A DNA stretch of 64,000 nt from Armatimonadota bacterium (lineage in GTDB: Bacteria; Armatimonadota; HRBIN16), in contig OY781964.1 in the NCBI GenBank assembly GCA_963677485.1, forward strand, positions 32,001 through 96,000. Direction: 5' to 3'. Every line of letters starts with the position of its first letter. Within the stretch, counting starts at the first letter, position 1. The translations under genes were made by a program, and so were the position numbers. Under the pieces are notes generated by a model. The model searched no databases and had not been told where the DNA came from. It saw nothing but the letters and a program-made list of their open reading frames with translations. Positions 9,493 to 19,585 of this stretch are shown here, in pieces.

Positions 9493-10686
9493 ATGAAGCC
9501 ACACTGGTCAGGAGTCATCGCGGTCACCACAATACTAATTTGTTGTTCATCTCTCGTGTGCCAAGCCAAACCCATCCCGGTGTCATCTTTACGCTGGGCG
9601 GAAAATCTGCTTGCAAGAGCATCAAATCCCATCAACAACCAATGGACGATAACGACGTTCGAACTCAGTGATGCTGAAGAGGCATTTCAACAAATATTAT
9701 ACAAATACGGGCGTAGCTCCCGAGCCTATAATGGATTGGCCAGGTGTAGAATGAATCGCAGCCATTACACCCAGGCAATCACTGCCTATCGAAAGTCCCT
9801 GGAGCTATCGCCTGACAAAAACATGATATATGCAGAGTTACAGACCGCGCTGTTAACTCAACAAGTTGCCAAGTTAGCAGTACCGGATCTTCCTAATGGC
9901 CATATGTTAGTGAGCATCAACAGATATCCCCTGCCAAATCAACCAAACATGTGGGTGGTGCTGTCAGCCAGGGTTGTTTTACCTAAAAAAGATGAGTGGG
10001 GTGGATGGACCGAACCATCATACATGGACACATGCATTTCGGTGTTCATGCAGGATGGCTCCCATCTCAAGAAACTGTGTGATTTTCAGAAGATCGGATA
10101 CCAAGAGGACTACATCGATGTGCATCTGCTTCTGCATGACATGAATCATGATGGGACGAAAGAGATCATAGTTCATCTAATAGCATCTGGTGGTGATCAC
10201 ACACCTTCGTATATGAATGTGTTCATATGGAAAAACCAACAACTACACAAAGTGTTTGGCGGCTTTAGCGACAATCCATATCTTATCAAGGATATCAACC
10301 ACGATGGTCGTTATGAGATAATAGATGACCATATGATTGGAGATTACATGTGTGTTGCTGACATGCCACATTGGGCCAATATCTACGCATACAAGAACGG
10401 AACTTTTCAACTGGCGAACGGTGACTACCCATCTGAATTCACTACAATTCAGGAATATATGAAGGAACTCCTTCGCGAATTTCCACGCGACACCGACCTT
10501 CTGGAGTATTTAGGCACCACCTACGAAATCCAAAAATACCCGAGCCTAGCGATACGATCCTACAGGAAAGCCATGCAGGTTTACCGCCATGAGCTTAATG
10601 CGGAGCGTGACCCGGCAGGGCGTGCCAGAATTCAAGCAGACATCAACACAATCCACCAGCGCATACGCAGACTCAAGGCTCAATGA
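9493..10686 (+). CDS. Secreted TPR-containing protein with central FG-GAP/VCBS-like motifs
   Basis: AAGGAG RBS before ATG 9493; TPRs (AYNGLARC...AITAYRKSLELSP; YLGTTYE...AIRSYRKA); DMNHDGTKEI and DINHDGRYEI motifs. Confidence 0.75.
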   Translation: MKPHWSGVIAVTTILICCSSLVCQAKPIPVSSLRWAENLLARASNPINNQWTITTFELSDAEEAFQQILYKYGRSSRAYNGLARCRMNRSHYTQAITAYRKSLELSPDKNMIYAELQTALLTQQVAKLAVPDLPNGHMLVSINRYPLPNQPNMWVVLSARVVLPKKDEWGGWTEPSYMDTCISVFMQDGSHLKKLCDFQKIGYQEDYIDVHLLLHDMNHDGTKEIIVHLIASGGDHTPSYMNVFIWKNQQLHKVFGGFSDNPYLIKDINHDGRYEIIDDHMIGDYMCVADMPHWANIYAYKNGTFQLANGDYPSEFTTIQEYMKELLREFPRDTDLLEYLGTTYEIQKYPSLAIRSYRKAMQVYRHELNAERDPAGRARIQADINTIHQRIRRLKAQ

Positions 10687-10753
10687 ATTACTAAGAGTAT
10701 TCCCTTAGCTGGTGGCTGGCATCAGGCAGATGGGTGCCGGACAGAAATGAAAT

Positions 10754-10793
10754 GCAGGGTCAAATCTCGTGGTGTAACGAAATATGGCCCTGC
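10754..10793. terminator. Hairpin between convergent genes
   Basis: GCAGGGTCA...TGGCCCTGC stem, just past the reconstructed stop (10805) of the interrupted gene. Confidence 0.5.
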
Positions 10794-10846
10794 TTGAATG
10801 GTATCTACGCTAGCATCAGCTTACTGATTCGCGTTGCTAAAGGAAC

Positions 10847-12520
10847 TCTGCACTACAGGGTTAGTATCTTACCAACCATATTTTGAACACGGTGTATAGA
10901 ATATTCTGATATTACGCACCACACAAAGCGTTAGGCACAACGATCTGGCGAATAGCAAGTGCTGCCATGATGATACGCTTGCCAAGTGCAGTGAGGTAGT
11001 ATTTGTAGCGTTTACCGCATTTTTTAACGAGCCGGAATACTCGGCATCGCTTGATGAAGTATGATATCTGAGAGCTGGACATCTGCGGTAAGGCTTTTTG
11101 AAGCATACGGTTTGTGATCCCGCTGATGCATCCCTCTCCGCGAGCAAGTGCAATGAGACATTCCAAATCCTTCTTGAGGAAAAGGTTGAATCCTCGATAC
11201 GAGCGATGATCACGGGTGGTCGAGGTCGCGATTTTGATGATCTGATGTTCACCATCGCTGTTGTCATCAAGGGCGGAAAGAAAGTCAAGATATCTGTTGT
11301 TTGCAGATAATAACAGTTCCCTCAATGGAGGAAGGCTGTAGATGGTCTTTTGCATAGGGGCGTATTTAATCTCAGTCGTCCCATCATGATGTTCTACCTC
11401 ACGGTAGTGTTTAAATTCAGAGACGTCATTCACAGTCGTCTCGATACGCAAGATTATCCCTTGCTTGTCATACATTTTGATAGAAGCCCATCCCATGTAG
11501 TGTTTGATGCGCGTGCCTTGTATGCGGCGATCGAACTTGTAGTCAGTGCCGATCTCAGCGAGTGTTCGCCCATCAAGTTTCTTACCAAGAAACATCGCGA
11601 TAGACTCTGGCGTTACCGTATGTATCGCTGTTTTGACTAGATTATCGTAGATGGCTTTGAGGTCTTCGGCGCGTTTGAACACGATGTCTGTAGCATATTC
11701 CACCTGCATTAGCGACCAATGATATGAATTGTCAGCAAGCCGTATCACGGGGCAATACATTCTGGCAAATGCATCCAGCGCATGGTGCAGCTTATCAGCA
11801 GGAAAAGCGTCTGCCAGCCTCTGAGCACAGCTAAAGTCGTCGATTTTTACAAAGGCGTTGTCCAGTGGAGTGAAAACTACTCCCTCGGATTGAAGGCAAT
11901 GCGCGAGATAATTGTGTCCATTACAATAGAATTGCAGACGGAAGGGCACCCAGGTCGGAACTCGTAGATAGCACAGTCCAAACTCTGCATCGATGAAATA
12001 GAAGTAGTAATGAAGACACTTGGTCTCCTTGATATTCAGCCGGGTTTTGTGGGTAATCTTGTCGTGCCACGGGGTGTATGCAGGACATTTTTCCAACACT
12101 GAGAATATGTGGACGAGACCGGGGTGACACCCTCGACTACTAATGATCTCTTTGATGCGGTCTTCTTTTCGAAATGAAGAGGCACGGCGTATATACTCAA
12201 TTTCAATGCTGTTGGTAACGGCAAGGCGTTCCGCATTGGCTTTGATCTCATCTCGTAGAGGTTCGGCAAATTCCTTAGGAAAGTCAAATAGCCTGATGTT
12301 GCGTTGATGAAGATAGATGCCCATTCCGTCGCTATGACACCAGCCTGGGATTGTACCGGTGATAACTATGCGGTCGAAGCATGAATATACCCCAGCTATC
12401 TGCTTTGCATAGCGTTCTTGAAGTGATGTCATTCTGGGCAACCTCACGAAAGGGTGTTTGAATGTATATTACGTGGCGAATGCAATCATTCCTTTTTTGG
12501 TTGCGGCTAAGCCGCCTTAG
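10847..12520 (-). mobile_element. Putative insertion sequence without TIRs or TSD (rolling-circle type candidate)
   Basis: Single large ORF inside a host gene; flanks join as GAAC|GTTC; GCGGC-TAA-GCCGC hairpin 5 nt from one end; more AT-rich than mutS. Boundaries uncertain by 1-2 nt. Confidence 0.75.
10912..12432 (-). CDS. Putative transposase with Rep_trans-like motifs and C-terminal winged HTH
   Basis: ATG 12432 with GAGGT RBS; motifs SCFDRIVITGT, QVEYATDIVF, RIKH...SIKMYDKQG..LRIETT, and C-terminal GITNRML...KYYLTALG. Confidence 0.7.
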   Translation of the reverse strand: MTSLQERYAKQIAGVYSCFDRIVITGTIPGWCHSDGMGIYLHQRNIRLFDFPKEFAEPLRDEIKANAERLAVTNSIEIEYIRRASSFRKEDRIKEIISSRGCHPGLVHIFSVLEKCPAYTPWHDKITHKTRLNIKETKCLHYYFYFIDAEFGLCYLRVPTWVPFRLQFYCNGHNYLAHCLQSEGVVFTPLDNAFVKIDDFSCAQRLADAFPADKLHHALDAFARMYCPVIRLADNSYHWSLMQVEYATDIVFKRAEDLKAIYDNLVKTAIHTVTPESIAMFLGKKLDGRTLAEIGTDYKFDRRIQGTRIKHYMGWASIKMYDKQGIILRIETTVNDVSEFKHYREVEHHDGTTEIKYAPMQKTIYSLPPLRELLLSANNRYLDFLSALDDNSDGEHQIIKIATSTTRDHRSYRGFNLFLKKDLECLIALARGEGCISGITNRMLQKALPQMSSSQISYFIKRCRVFRLVKKCGKRYKYYLTALGKRIIMAALAIRQIVVPNALCGA

Positions 12521-13829
12521 GTTCTTCTTGAGCAATATCCCAAATGTGGTGCCCTTCTTGACCTTAACATCTTGACCAGTCGCGGCCTTGTGCTGTGTGG
12601 TGCTGTATGCATATCCAGCCACCGCACCGATCAGGGTGCCAACCAGCGGCTTCTTCCATCCAAGCTGCCCGGCTATCAGTCCGGCACCAGCACCGATGGC
12701 GATGAACTTCGCAGGGTTACGGTTTGCACTGACTGTGCCCACCAGTCTGCCAGACTTGGAGTCTGTCCTGACGCTCTTCTTATCAAGCAATGTCAACTGT
12801 CCGCTGATAGATTTCGAACTGCCGTATGGCGGCTTGATTCCGATAAATCGAACACTGATCTGGCCAGCGGTGTGTTTCGTCGCTTTGGTCACAGAGGCGA
12901 CTTTGCCAGTAAACTTTGAGCCTTCGGGAATCCCGCCACCACCATTACCTTCGTAATGTGCGTAGAACAGATCGCCCACGTGGTTTTTGGCTGAACTGAT
13001 CTGAGTATCCATCTTAACAGGTATGACCGTGCCTTTTGGTATGGTCGTGCTCGCTGATACGGAGATGGCGAAAGCCATCAACAGTGCGGATTGCAGGTAT
13101 CTCATGTGAACTTGCATAGTATCACTCTTTCTTATTCGATTGTCTGAATACTTAACCAGCATGATGCTGGCCGTGCACTTCGCCCGGCGGTTGTCGGATG
13201 TCATCGTAATATCGAATGCATTGTCCGCATGGATGTCGGTCGTGTGCCCTATATAGCGTGCAGGATTTCCCTGTCATACTGTTCTAAAGTCACCCTCTTC
13301 TGCTACATCAACATGCTAGTGTTGCCTGTATGAAGGGGTCTTAGTTGCCAACATCGGTTCGGTCTCGATTGTCGTTCATCTCTCTTGCAGGATGCCTACG
13401 GTGAGGAATTCCTGCCTTGTAACCTATTATACCCATACCAGAACATATAAATGTTCGTTTTTCTAACAGCATTTCATTTGCATATACTGTCAATTCTACT
13501 AGGTTTGGAGTGGATGCAGTGGCTTGAGCCGTGGATGGTGTGTCTTTGTGTGTCAGTATCGCGGCCGAGGCATCAAGTCAGACCGTGGCTCGATCTTGTA
13601 TAGGTAAAATTACCATGTCACTTACGACGCCGGTCTGTGCCTCGACACAGTTGGTGTTATTAAACGAGCCACCACCGGGCCCGACAGTGTCGCATGCCTG
13701 CTCCGAAGTGGGGCGAAATGCCGGTTGCCAAATCCGCCGAGGCATGAGTGTCTCGGTTATTGATCAACAATCCCTCATCGCGACCTTCGCGTCTTCGAGT
13801 GCGACGTTCCATGGCCTCGGCGCACAGCT

Positions 13830-16800
13830 CTACTCCAGCAGCACGGTGAAGCGCACGCGGCCCTGCTTGTATTGCGCATTGCTGGCATCGGTGCCGACCT
13901 GCGCCTCGAAACGCTCATATTGACCGTCCAGGATGTATTCATTATACGAGGGCGCAGCGGTGCTGATGCCCTTTTTGTAGACAGTATGCAAGATGGTGAT
14001 CGGCTTGTCATCTATGGTGGAGTCATTCTTCTGCCAGCCTGAGGTTTGCACGGCGCGGTAGGCCTTGAGGTCGGTCAGGTAGACCATCTCACCGCGTGCA
14101 TTGATCAGCTTGGCATCAGCCCAGTCGGCACGGTCGTAGGCAGCGCCATCTCCACCATCATCCACCAACAGTGTCAGCTTGTGCGCACCCTTCACGGAGA
14201 CAGACACGCTGACCGGCGGGTCGGTATAACGGCAGACCGGGCTGACGAACACCACACGCTGATAGCTGCCGGTGACCACCGCACCGATCCGCTGGCTGCC
14301 CACGAACCGCGCGGCTTTGAGAACGCTCCATTGGCAGCGCAGCGGTTTGGTGTATATCGCCGATTTCGCATTCGGTGCGGTGCCGTCGAGAGTATATCGG
14401 ACCACGCCTTTCGCTCCACCGGTGGAGATCATCACCTGATCTGAAGGGTGCATCTGGCCCGACTTCGGCGTCACCATCAGCTTACCAGCCGCGTTGGTGA
14501 CCACGCCATACAGCCGCAGACCTTTACCGGCGGGAATGGTGAGTTGGCTGTTTTTCACCGTTCCCAACAGTTCACGCTTCAGATCACCGTCGGGGCGCAG
14601 TTCAAACACTCGGTACGAACCGCCTTTCGACAGCGGAACGCACTTGGCCAGATCGATGCCGGCCTGTTTAAGGCTGTCCAGTACGATGTTCCACTGGCCT
14701 GGTTTGGCCAGGAAAAGCCCAAGTTTGCCATGCACACGCACCGCGCCCACCTGCTGCATCGAACTGGTCTGCGCCCACAGGTAGTTCTTGCCATCCACCC
14801 GCGTGACGGCCTGTTTACCGACCATCAGGCGCGATTGTGTGATGCCCGGTGCCGTTACATAGAACCCATTGGGTGCCAGAAGCACCGACCGTGACCCTGC
14901 CGTATACTTACGCGGTTTAGTGTCGAAGTTCACCACCGTGGTGGCGCCATTGGCAAAAACTGTGCGCTGTATCATGCGGTCTGCACTCAGGAACTCGTGC
15001 TTCTTCAGCTCCTGCCCGAACAGAACGGTGTTCAGACGGCAGGTCTTCCAATAGGTCTCCACAAAGCGCGATCGGTTGCGATCCCAGCCATATCCTATAT
15101 TGCTGGTCCACATCAACGGCATGGTCCCGTAGAGCATATTCGCCAGTTCCTTACGGTCACAAATATCGGGAGCCACATCATAATAGTAGTCGCTGGAGTC
15201 GCCCCAGTACCAGGAGGTTTGCACACAGTCGTGAAATACCAGCTCCCAGAGAGGTATCTGCTTATCGTAAGCCGCAGCATATCTCAGATAGTCCGGTTTG
15301 ATTTCCGCACGCGTCTTCGGCGGCAGAAGATACCCAGCCGGCATTTCCCACCAGAATGCACCGCTAGCCATTCCCTCGCTGTAGTCCAGAACACTAGCAT
15401 TCCAGGCTTTACCGTGCTCACCACCTACAACCAGCCCATGATCGGCCATGTATTTGTAAAGCGCCTTTCGGTATAGCATATCTTGCCTGCGGTCGAAGGT
15501 GTGCTTTGGATGATAGTCTTCGTATAGATCCAGAGCACTGGAAACATCGAGGAAGCGTGCGGTAAAAGGGTGCGTCTTCAACAACGCGGGCAGGAAACTG
15601 TCAGCCACCTTGATGGCTCGATAACTGGAGCGGGTGCTATACGAAGGACCTCCGAGGGTTGGCCAGCCGATTTCAGGCTTATCCTCAGCACTTCGATAGG
15701 CACTTTCAGCGATATTATCGCGGTTGATGCCCATTGGCCCTTCTAGAATGTCAGAGAAGTTATCATACTCACCAGCAAGAAACCCATGCGTTGTCATGCC
15801 CGTTATCTCCTCGGCCGATGGTGATTTAGAGATGGCACCATAGATCAACGCTCGGACAATGCCGGCAGCTTTAAGTTGCTTGATGAACTCAGTATCAGTT
15901 CGCCCGCCCCAGATAAGTGCCGCACCGCGCAGCCAGTCGACCTTCGGCCGCGTAGCACTCTTCTGCGCGAGCGTTTTGAATAACCCGTTGCGCTTCGCGT
16001 AGTTTCGGAAGTTCTTCGCCATGGCCACGTACCCACCGTTCGGCAGGAACTGCCAGCTCATGCTGCGAGCATACGAGAAGCTTCCCATTGAAGGTGCCCA
16101 GCGGGTTTGCGGCCACATACGGCCAGCCGTATCCTCTTTCAAATCGACGAACACATTACAGGGCGTTTCGAACAGCGACATCACGCCCTCACCGGTCACC
16201 GTGTCCATCACGCCCACCCAGGGCATATCGAGGCCGATGTTCTGATAGCAGCCCAAGCTGCGGACGGGATACAGACTGTCCTTCTGGTCGATGATCAGCC
16301 CGTTGCACCTCTGTGTGAGCAGCAAGGCACCGTGCTTCAGATCGCTTTGCAGACGAGGCGGGTAGTTCAGACGGATGAGCTTCTTCATGTTGTCCTTGGC
16401 GGTGATTGTGAACCTGACGGCAGCGTCTTTGCCCAGGCTGACCTTACAGTTGAAGTCCGCCGACTGACTGACCTCCCTCAGCTTCAGCTCCATGCCGCTG
16501 GAGGTGAGCCGTTTGACATTCAGCAGACGCACGAAACCGGCAGAGGCGGTGCTCCATCTACGCCTGGTGCGGAGGTCGGTGATGGTGTAGGTGTGTTTGC
16601 GGGTGTCAAGCTGCAGCGTGAGGGCTCCGTTGGTCAGCTTCACGGTTCTATTGACGCCCGCAAGCGGCGTGCCCTCGATGGTCTCACTCCCAGGGGCCTC
16701 CAGCTCGATGCTCTGGATGTCGAACTTGCCCTTGCCCTTGCCGGTGTCCAAACGCAGTTGGGTCACGGTGCCTTCCACATCCAGCGGAACGGTGTAGTCG

Positions 16801-17210
16801 TGCCACTGACCGTCGTGGGTGAGGTCGTAGTAAATGACCGCCGCTTCCGCAAAGTTCGAGGACAGCATAGAGGGCAACCGAACTGTCCAGTAGATTCGCC
16901 CTTGCCCGGAGCATGTGGAGCGCGCCCGGATTCTGACCAGAAGCGGCGCATCGGCGGATATCTTCGGACTGTAGATCCACGGGTCCTGACCCGTGTTGGT
17001 GACCTGAAGCATGTCATCCGCCGCCTGCACGGTGGTGTCGTGCCCCGCAATCCAACCCTCTGTGCCCTTCTCAAAGCTCCAGCTTTTGATAACTTTACCC
17101 GTGGCATGAACAGGCGTATCAGTCCCCGCCAGCAGCAGCATAATCAGCACACCGCACAGTAGTCGCATCAATTTCAAGGGTATAGTCCTCTTCTGCTTTT
17201 GGTCATTCAT
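13830..17210 (-). CDS. Secreted multidomain glycoside hydrolase (GH129/GH101-like core, N-terminal CBM-like domain, Fn3-associated and NPCBM/NEW2 domains)
   Basis: Signal peptide; FLDV...GGEHG...SEG and IPLWELVFHDC core motifs; VRYTLDGTAP...IYTKPL; VDDGGDGAAYDRADWADAKL; YERFEAQVG. Confidence 0.75.
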   Translation of the reverse strand: MNDQKQKRTIPLKLMRLLCGVLIMLLLAGTDTPVHATGKVIKSWSFEKGTEGWIAGHDTTVQAADDMLQVTNTGQDPWIYSPKISADAPLLVRIRARSTCSGQGRIYWTVRLPSMLSSNFAEAAVIYYDLTHDGQWHDYTVPLDVEGTVTQLRLDTGKGKGKFDIQSIELEAPGSETIEGTPLAGVNRTVKLTNGALTLQLDTRKHTYTITDLRTRRRWSTASAGFVRLLNVKRLTSSGMELKLREVSQSADFNCKVSLGKDAAVRFTITAKDNMKKLIRLNYPPRLQSDLKHGALLLTQRCNGLIIDQKDSLYPVRSLGCYQNIGLDMPWVGVMDTVTGEGVMSLFETPCNVFVDLKEDTAGRMWPQTRWAPSMGSFSYARSMSWQFLPNGGYVAMAKNFRNYAKRNGLFKTLAQKSATRPKVDWLRGAALIWGGRTDTEFIKQLKAAGIVRALIYGAISKSPSAEEITGMTTHGFLAGEYDNFSDILEGPMGINRDNIAESAYRSAEDKPEIGWPTLGGPSYSTRSSYRAIKVADSFLPALLKTHPFTARFLDVSSALDLYEDYHPKHTFDRRQDMLYRKALYKYMADHGLVVGGEHGKAWNASVLDYSEGMASGAFWWEMPAGYLLPPKTRAEIKPDYLRYAAAYDKQIPLWELVFHDCVQTSWYWGDSSDYYYDVAPDICDRKELANMLYGTMPLMWTSNIGYGWDRNRSRFVETYWKTCRLNTVLFGQELKKHEFLSADRMIQRTVFANGATTVVNFDTKPRKYTAGSRSVLLAPNGFYVTAPGITQSRLMVGKQAVTRVDGKNYLWAQTSSMQQVGAVRVHGKLGLFLAKPGQWNIVLDSLKQAGIDLAKCVPLSKGGSYRVFELRPDGDLKRELLGTVKNSQLTIPAGKGLRLYGVVTNAAGKLMVTPKSGQMHPSDQVMISTGGAKGVVRYTLDGTAPNAKSAIYTKPLRCQWSVLKAARFVGSQRIGAVVTGSYQRVVFVSPVCRYTDPPVSVSVSVKGAHKLTLLVDDGGDGAAYDRADWADAKLINARGEMVYLTDLKAYRAVQTSGWQKNDSTIDDKPITILHTVYKKGISTAAPSYNEYILDGQYERFEAQVGTDASNAQYKQGRVRFTVLLE

Positions 17211-17212
17211 TT

Positions 17213-17385
17213 TGACGGATTGGACGGATTGTTTTTTACCACAGAGGGCGCGAAGGTGGGAGGAGAAAAGGAGACAGAAGAGCAGGAGAAAAGGAGCGTA
17301 AGAGCAGGGATTGTCTGAACCACCTAGCGGTTCAGGCGCTCCTCCTATCTCCTCTCCTCCTTTCTCCTCCTCACACCTCTGCGGT
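17213..17385. repeat. Nested inverted-repeat intergenic module
   Basis: GACGGATTGGACGGATT, then outer ACCACAGAGG/CCTCTGCGGT, middle AGGAGAAAAGGAG vs CTCCTTTCTCCT arms, inner TGTCTGAACC...GGTTCAGGC. Confidence 0.7.
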
Positions 17386-18465
17386 TCAGATCAGCTCATC
17401 AGCTTCCTCTGTGTCCTCTGCGGGCTTACTGCCAACTGAGCCGAACACAGCACGGATGCCCTCCAGCTTCATGTAACCCTCGCCCTGGGTGGGTGCCACA
17501 ATGCCGCCCTCACCATACTCATTCCAGGCATAAATGACAAACGCCTTCTGTCGGTGCTCAATGGATCCTGGAATGCCAAGCCGATGAGAGTTGTCCAGCT
17601 CACGCTTCACGATTCTCATAGCAGACACCCACTCCTCTCGGGTGGGAGCATCGAATGAAGGCCTCGGGTCTTTCCACGGCCGCGGATCCCAGCCAGAGGG
17701 CACATATGGCATATAGAGTTTGTCGGCATGAATAGCTTGATATTCCCAGCCACCGACAGCATGGTTGATCAGCTCGCTGTAGGGATGCGGTGTTTCCGTC
17801 ACCGGAAGCATGGGCATATCCATGTAGGTTGTAGCGAAATCGAATGCCTCGATGTGCTCCTCAAGGGGCTTTTCGTATGGCATGATGCCGGTGGACACCA
17901 GCGGGTTCGGCAACCCACTCTCCTGCACGATACGGCGCAGCGTTTTTACCTGCTTCGCGACCCGTGCAGGATCGTTGCCGTTCTGCTGCAGAAACTGATG
18001 TGCACCGTGGATTTTGAATACCGGCCGGCCATCCACCTTTAGATAGCTTGGGTGCTGCATCCACTGAGCCCACAACCTGCAGGTGGATTCCCATGCCTCG
18101 TCGGTTTCGATGGTGAACGGCGCGTGGTTGACATACTCCACGCAGAACTGCATCAGATGGCTGTTTTTGGAGGCCATGAAGCAACTCACACCGTCGTTCA
18201 AATGTTCTGCGTGCGCTTCCTTACCGGCATCCTTCAGCGGCGGATACCAGAGAATCTGGAAAAAGCTGACACCATAACTGGCAGCAGCCACGATTTCCTT
18301 GTCCATGGTCTGCTGTTCCACATACAGACCCAGCGAAGGCACACGGCCAGGGTAGTCAGCGGTCCAGTTGAGCCCGGCCGTGTGGTATTTGTTCGGCTGC
18401 TCCGGCCACCATCCGGCGAAGTAGTAAATGCCAACCAGGTATTCGCGTTTCGTTTGATCACTCAT
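17386..18465 (-). CDS. GH99-like (WbsX-type) domain protein
   Basis: VGIYYFAGWW, YLKVDGRPVF, GWDPRPW, IYAWNEYGEGG motifs; start at MSDQ with GGAGG RBS. Confidence 0.8.
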   Translation of the reverse strand: MSDQTKREYLVGIYYFAGWWPEQPNKYHTAGLNWTADYPGRVPSLGLYVEQQTMDKEIVAAASYGVSFFQILWYPPLKDAGKEAHAEHLNDGVSCFMASKNSHLMQFCVEYVNHAPFTIETDEAWESTCRLWAQWMQHPSYLKVDGRPVFKIHGAHQFLQQNGNDPARVAKQVKTLRRIVQESGLPNPLVSTGIMPYEKPLEEHIEAFDFATTYMDMPMLPVTETPHPYSELINHAVGGWEYQAIHADKLYMPYVPSGWDPRPWKDPRPSFDAPTREEWVSAMRIVKRELDNSHRLGIPGSIEHRQKAFVIYAWNEYGEGGIVAPTQGEGYMKLEGIRAVFGSVGSKPAEDTEEADELI

Positions 18466-18507
18466 GAGTTTTGCCTCCCTGAATACTAGATGTAACGTAT
18501 GATGGCT

Positions 18508-18581
18508 CTGACGGATCGGTCGGATGGGCCAACATTTATGTGACACGTCCCTCTTCGCGACCTTCGCGTCTTCGCGTGAGA
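18508..18581. repeat. Short 9-mer repeat module
   Basis: GACGGATCGGTCGGATGGG followed by CTTCGCGACCTTCGCGTCTTCGCGTGAGA; a related copy lies at ~13777-13805. Confidence 0.65.
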
Positions 18582-18589
18582 TGATCCCC

Positions 18590-19390
18590 CTACAGCACGA
18601 ACATGAAGAACCGCAGCACCTCAAACCAGTCGGTGGTGTGGAACATCACCTTCCGTGTGCCTTCGAGTCGGGCACCCGGGTAGTAGGAACGGCTATAAGC
18701 CACTTCATGGTTGCGGAACATCACCTCCACATCGAAGGTATCTGGCAGCTCCAGCAGGCATTTGCTGACGTCGGCTGAGAGCGCTTGCTTCACGCCGTCC
18801 GCAATTTGGCGGATGCTCAGCCTGGGATGCTGGGCGATCGAGGCGGCTCCCACGCCTTCACTGACCGCCACGGTGGTGATGTGCGGGATGAGCCGTTTAG
18901 CTTCCGTGCAAATCTGTTTATCTCCGCTGAGGAACACCAGTGGAACGCCGAACATCGCGGCGGTATGGGCACCGATCATCGTCTCGCTGCAATCATAACC
19001 GTTCAATTTCACATGCACATTTTGTGAATTCATCGTGTGCGACATCGGGTTGCCGCTCCAGCCAGCCGCCGCATGATAGCCAATCAGCATCGCCGCATGA
19101 AAGCTGCTGTCCAGACCCGCCATCATGGAATACGGGTCACGCGTCCAGCCACGCATGAGCTGCGCCTGCTCCGGCAACTCGGCGGCATCGATGTTCCTGG
19201 CAGTGCCGTGTGCGTCCTTCACGAACAACGCGTCGGCTCCGGCTGCCAGTGCCGCAGTGCAGGCACTTTTGACCTCCTGGGTCATTTGGTCGGCGAATTT
19301 CGGGTAGTGCTGGTTGTCTTTCTCCGTTTCGGCCCACGCGACGATGCCGGTGGTGCCCTCGATGTCGGCGCTGATGTATACTTTGTTCAT
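18590..19390 (-). CDS. dppA: M55-family D-aminopeptidase (DppA-like), copy 1
   Basis: YISADIEG, DAHG, IGYHA, SHT, SE, LSGD zinc-ligand motifs. Confidence 0.92.
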   Translation of the reverse strand: MNKVYISADIEGTTGIVAWAETEKDNQHYPKFADQMTQEVKSACTAALAAGADALFVKDAHGTARNIDAAELPEQAQLMRGWTRDPYSMMAGLDSSFHAAMLIGYHAAAGWSGNPMSHTMNSQNVHVKLNGYDCSETMIGAHTAAMFGVPLVFLSGDKQICTEAKRLIPHITTVAVSEGVGAASIAQHPRLSIRQIADGVKQALSADVSKCLLELPDTFDVEVMFRNHEVAYSRSYYPGARLEGTRKVMFHTTDWFEVLRFFMFVL

Positions 19391-19410
19391 TTGTCTCCTT
19401 AATTTTTACC

Positions 19411-19583
19411 AAGGAGGGAGAGGAGGCAGGAGTTAGGAGTCAGGAGAAAGGAGTTTGGACAATAGAGCGATGAACCGGGATTTTGTCCCGTGTCCTGCTT
19501 CCCTCTCTGAATCCTTCCTCCTTGCCTCCTGACTCCTCCTCTCCTGTCTTCTGTCTCCTCCGCTCCTGACTCCTCTCCCTGCC
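19411..19583. repeat. Inverted AGGAGTC-heptamer array
   Basis: AGGAGGCAGGAGTTAGGAGTCAGGAGAAAGGAG arm vs CTCCTGACTCCT-rich arm, around a GGACAA...TTGTCC core. Confidence 0.8.
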
Positions 19584-19585
19584 CA

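Larger units (their letters stand above)
10805..13105 (-). pseudogene. Secreted glycine-zipper protein interrupted near its C-terminus by the 10847-12520 insertion
   Basis: MRYLQSALLMAFAISVSA signal; IPKGTVIPVKMDTQISS...GD and IGAGAGLIAG...GTLIGAVAG motifs. The ORF reads into the element after GILLKKN; removing 10847-12520 gives ...GILLKKN-VPLATRISKLMLA*. The protein may still work with the altered tail. Confidence 0.7.

Noticed and set aside
10912-12432. MarR-type regulator, or DDE/IS91 transposase
   Set aside because: The wHTH is only the last ~80 aa; no TIR/TSD, DDE triad or HUH plus YxxxY signature was recognised.
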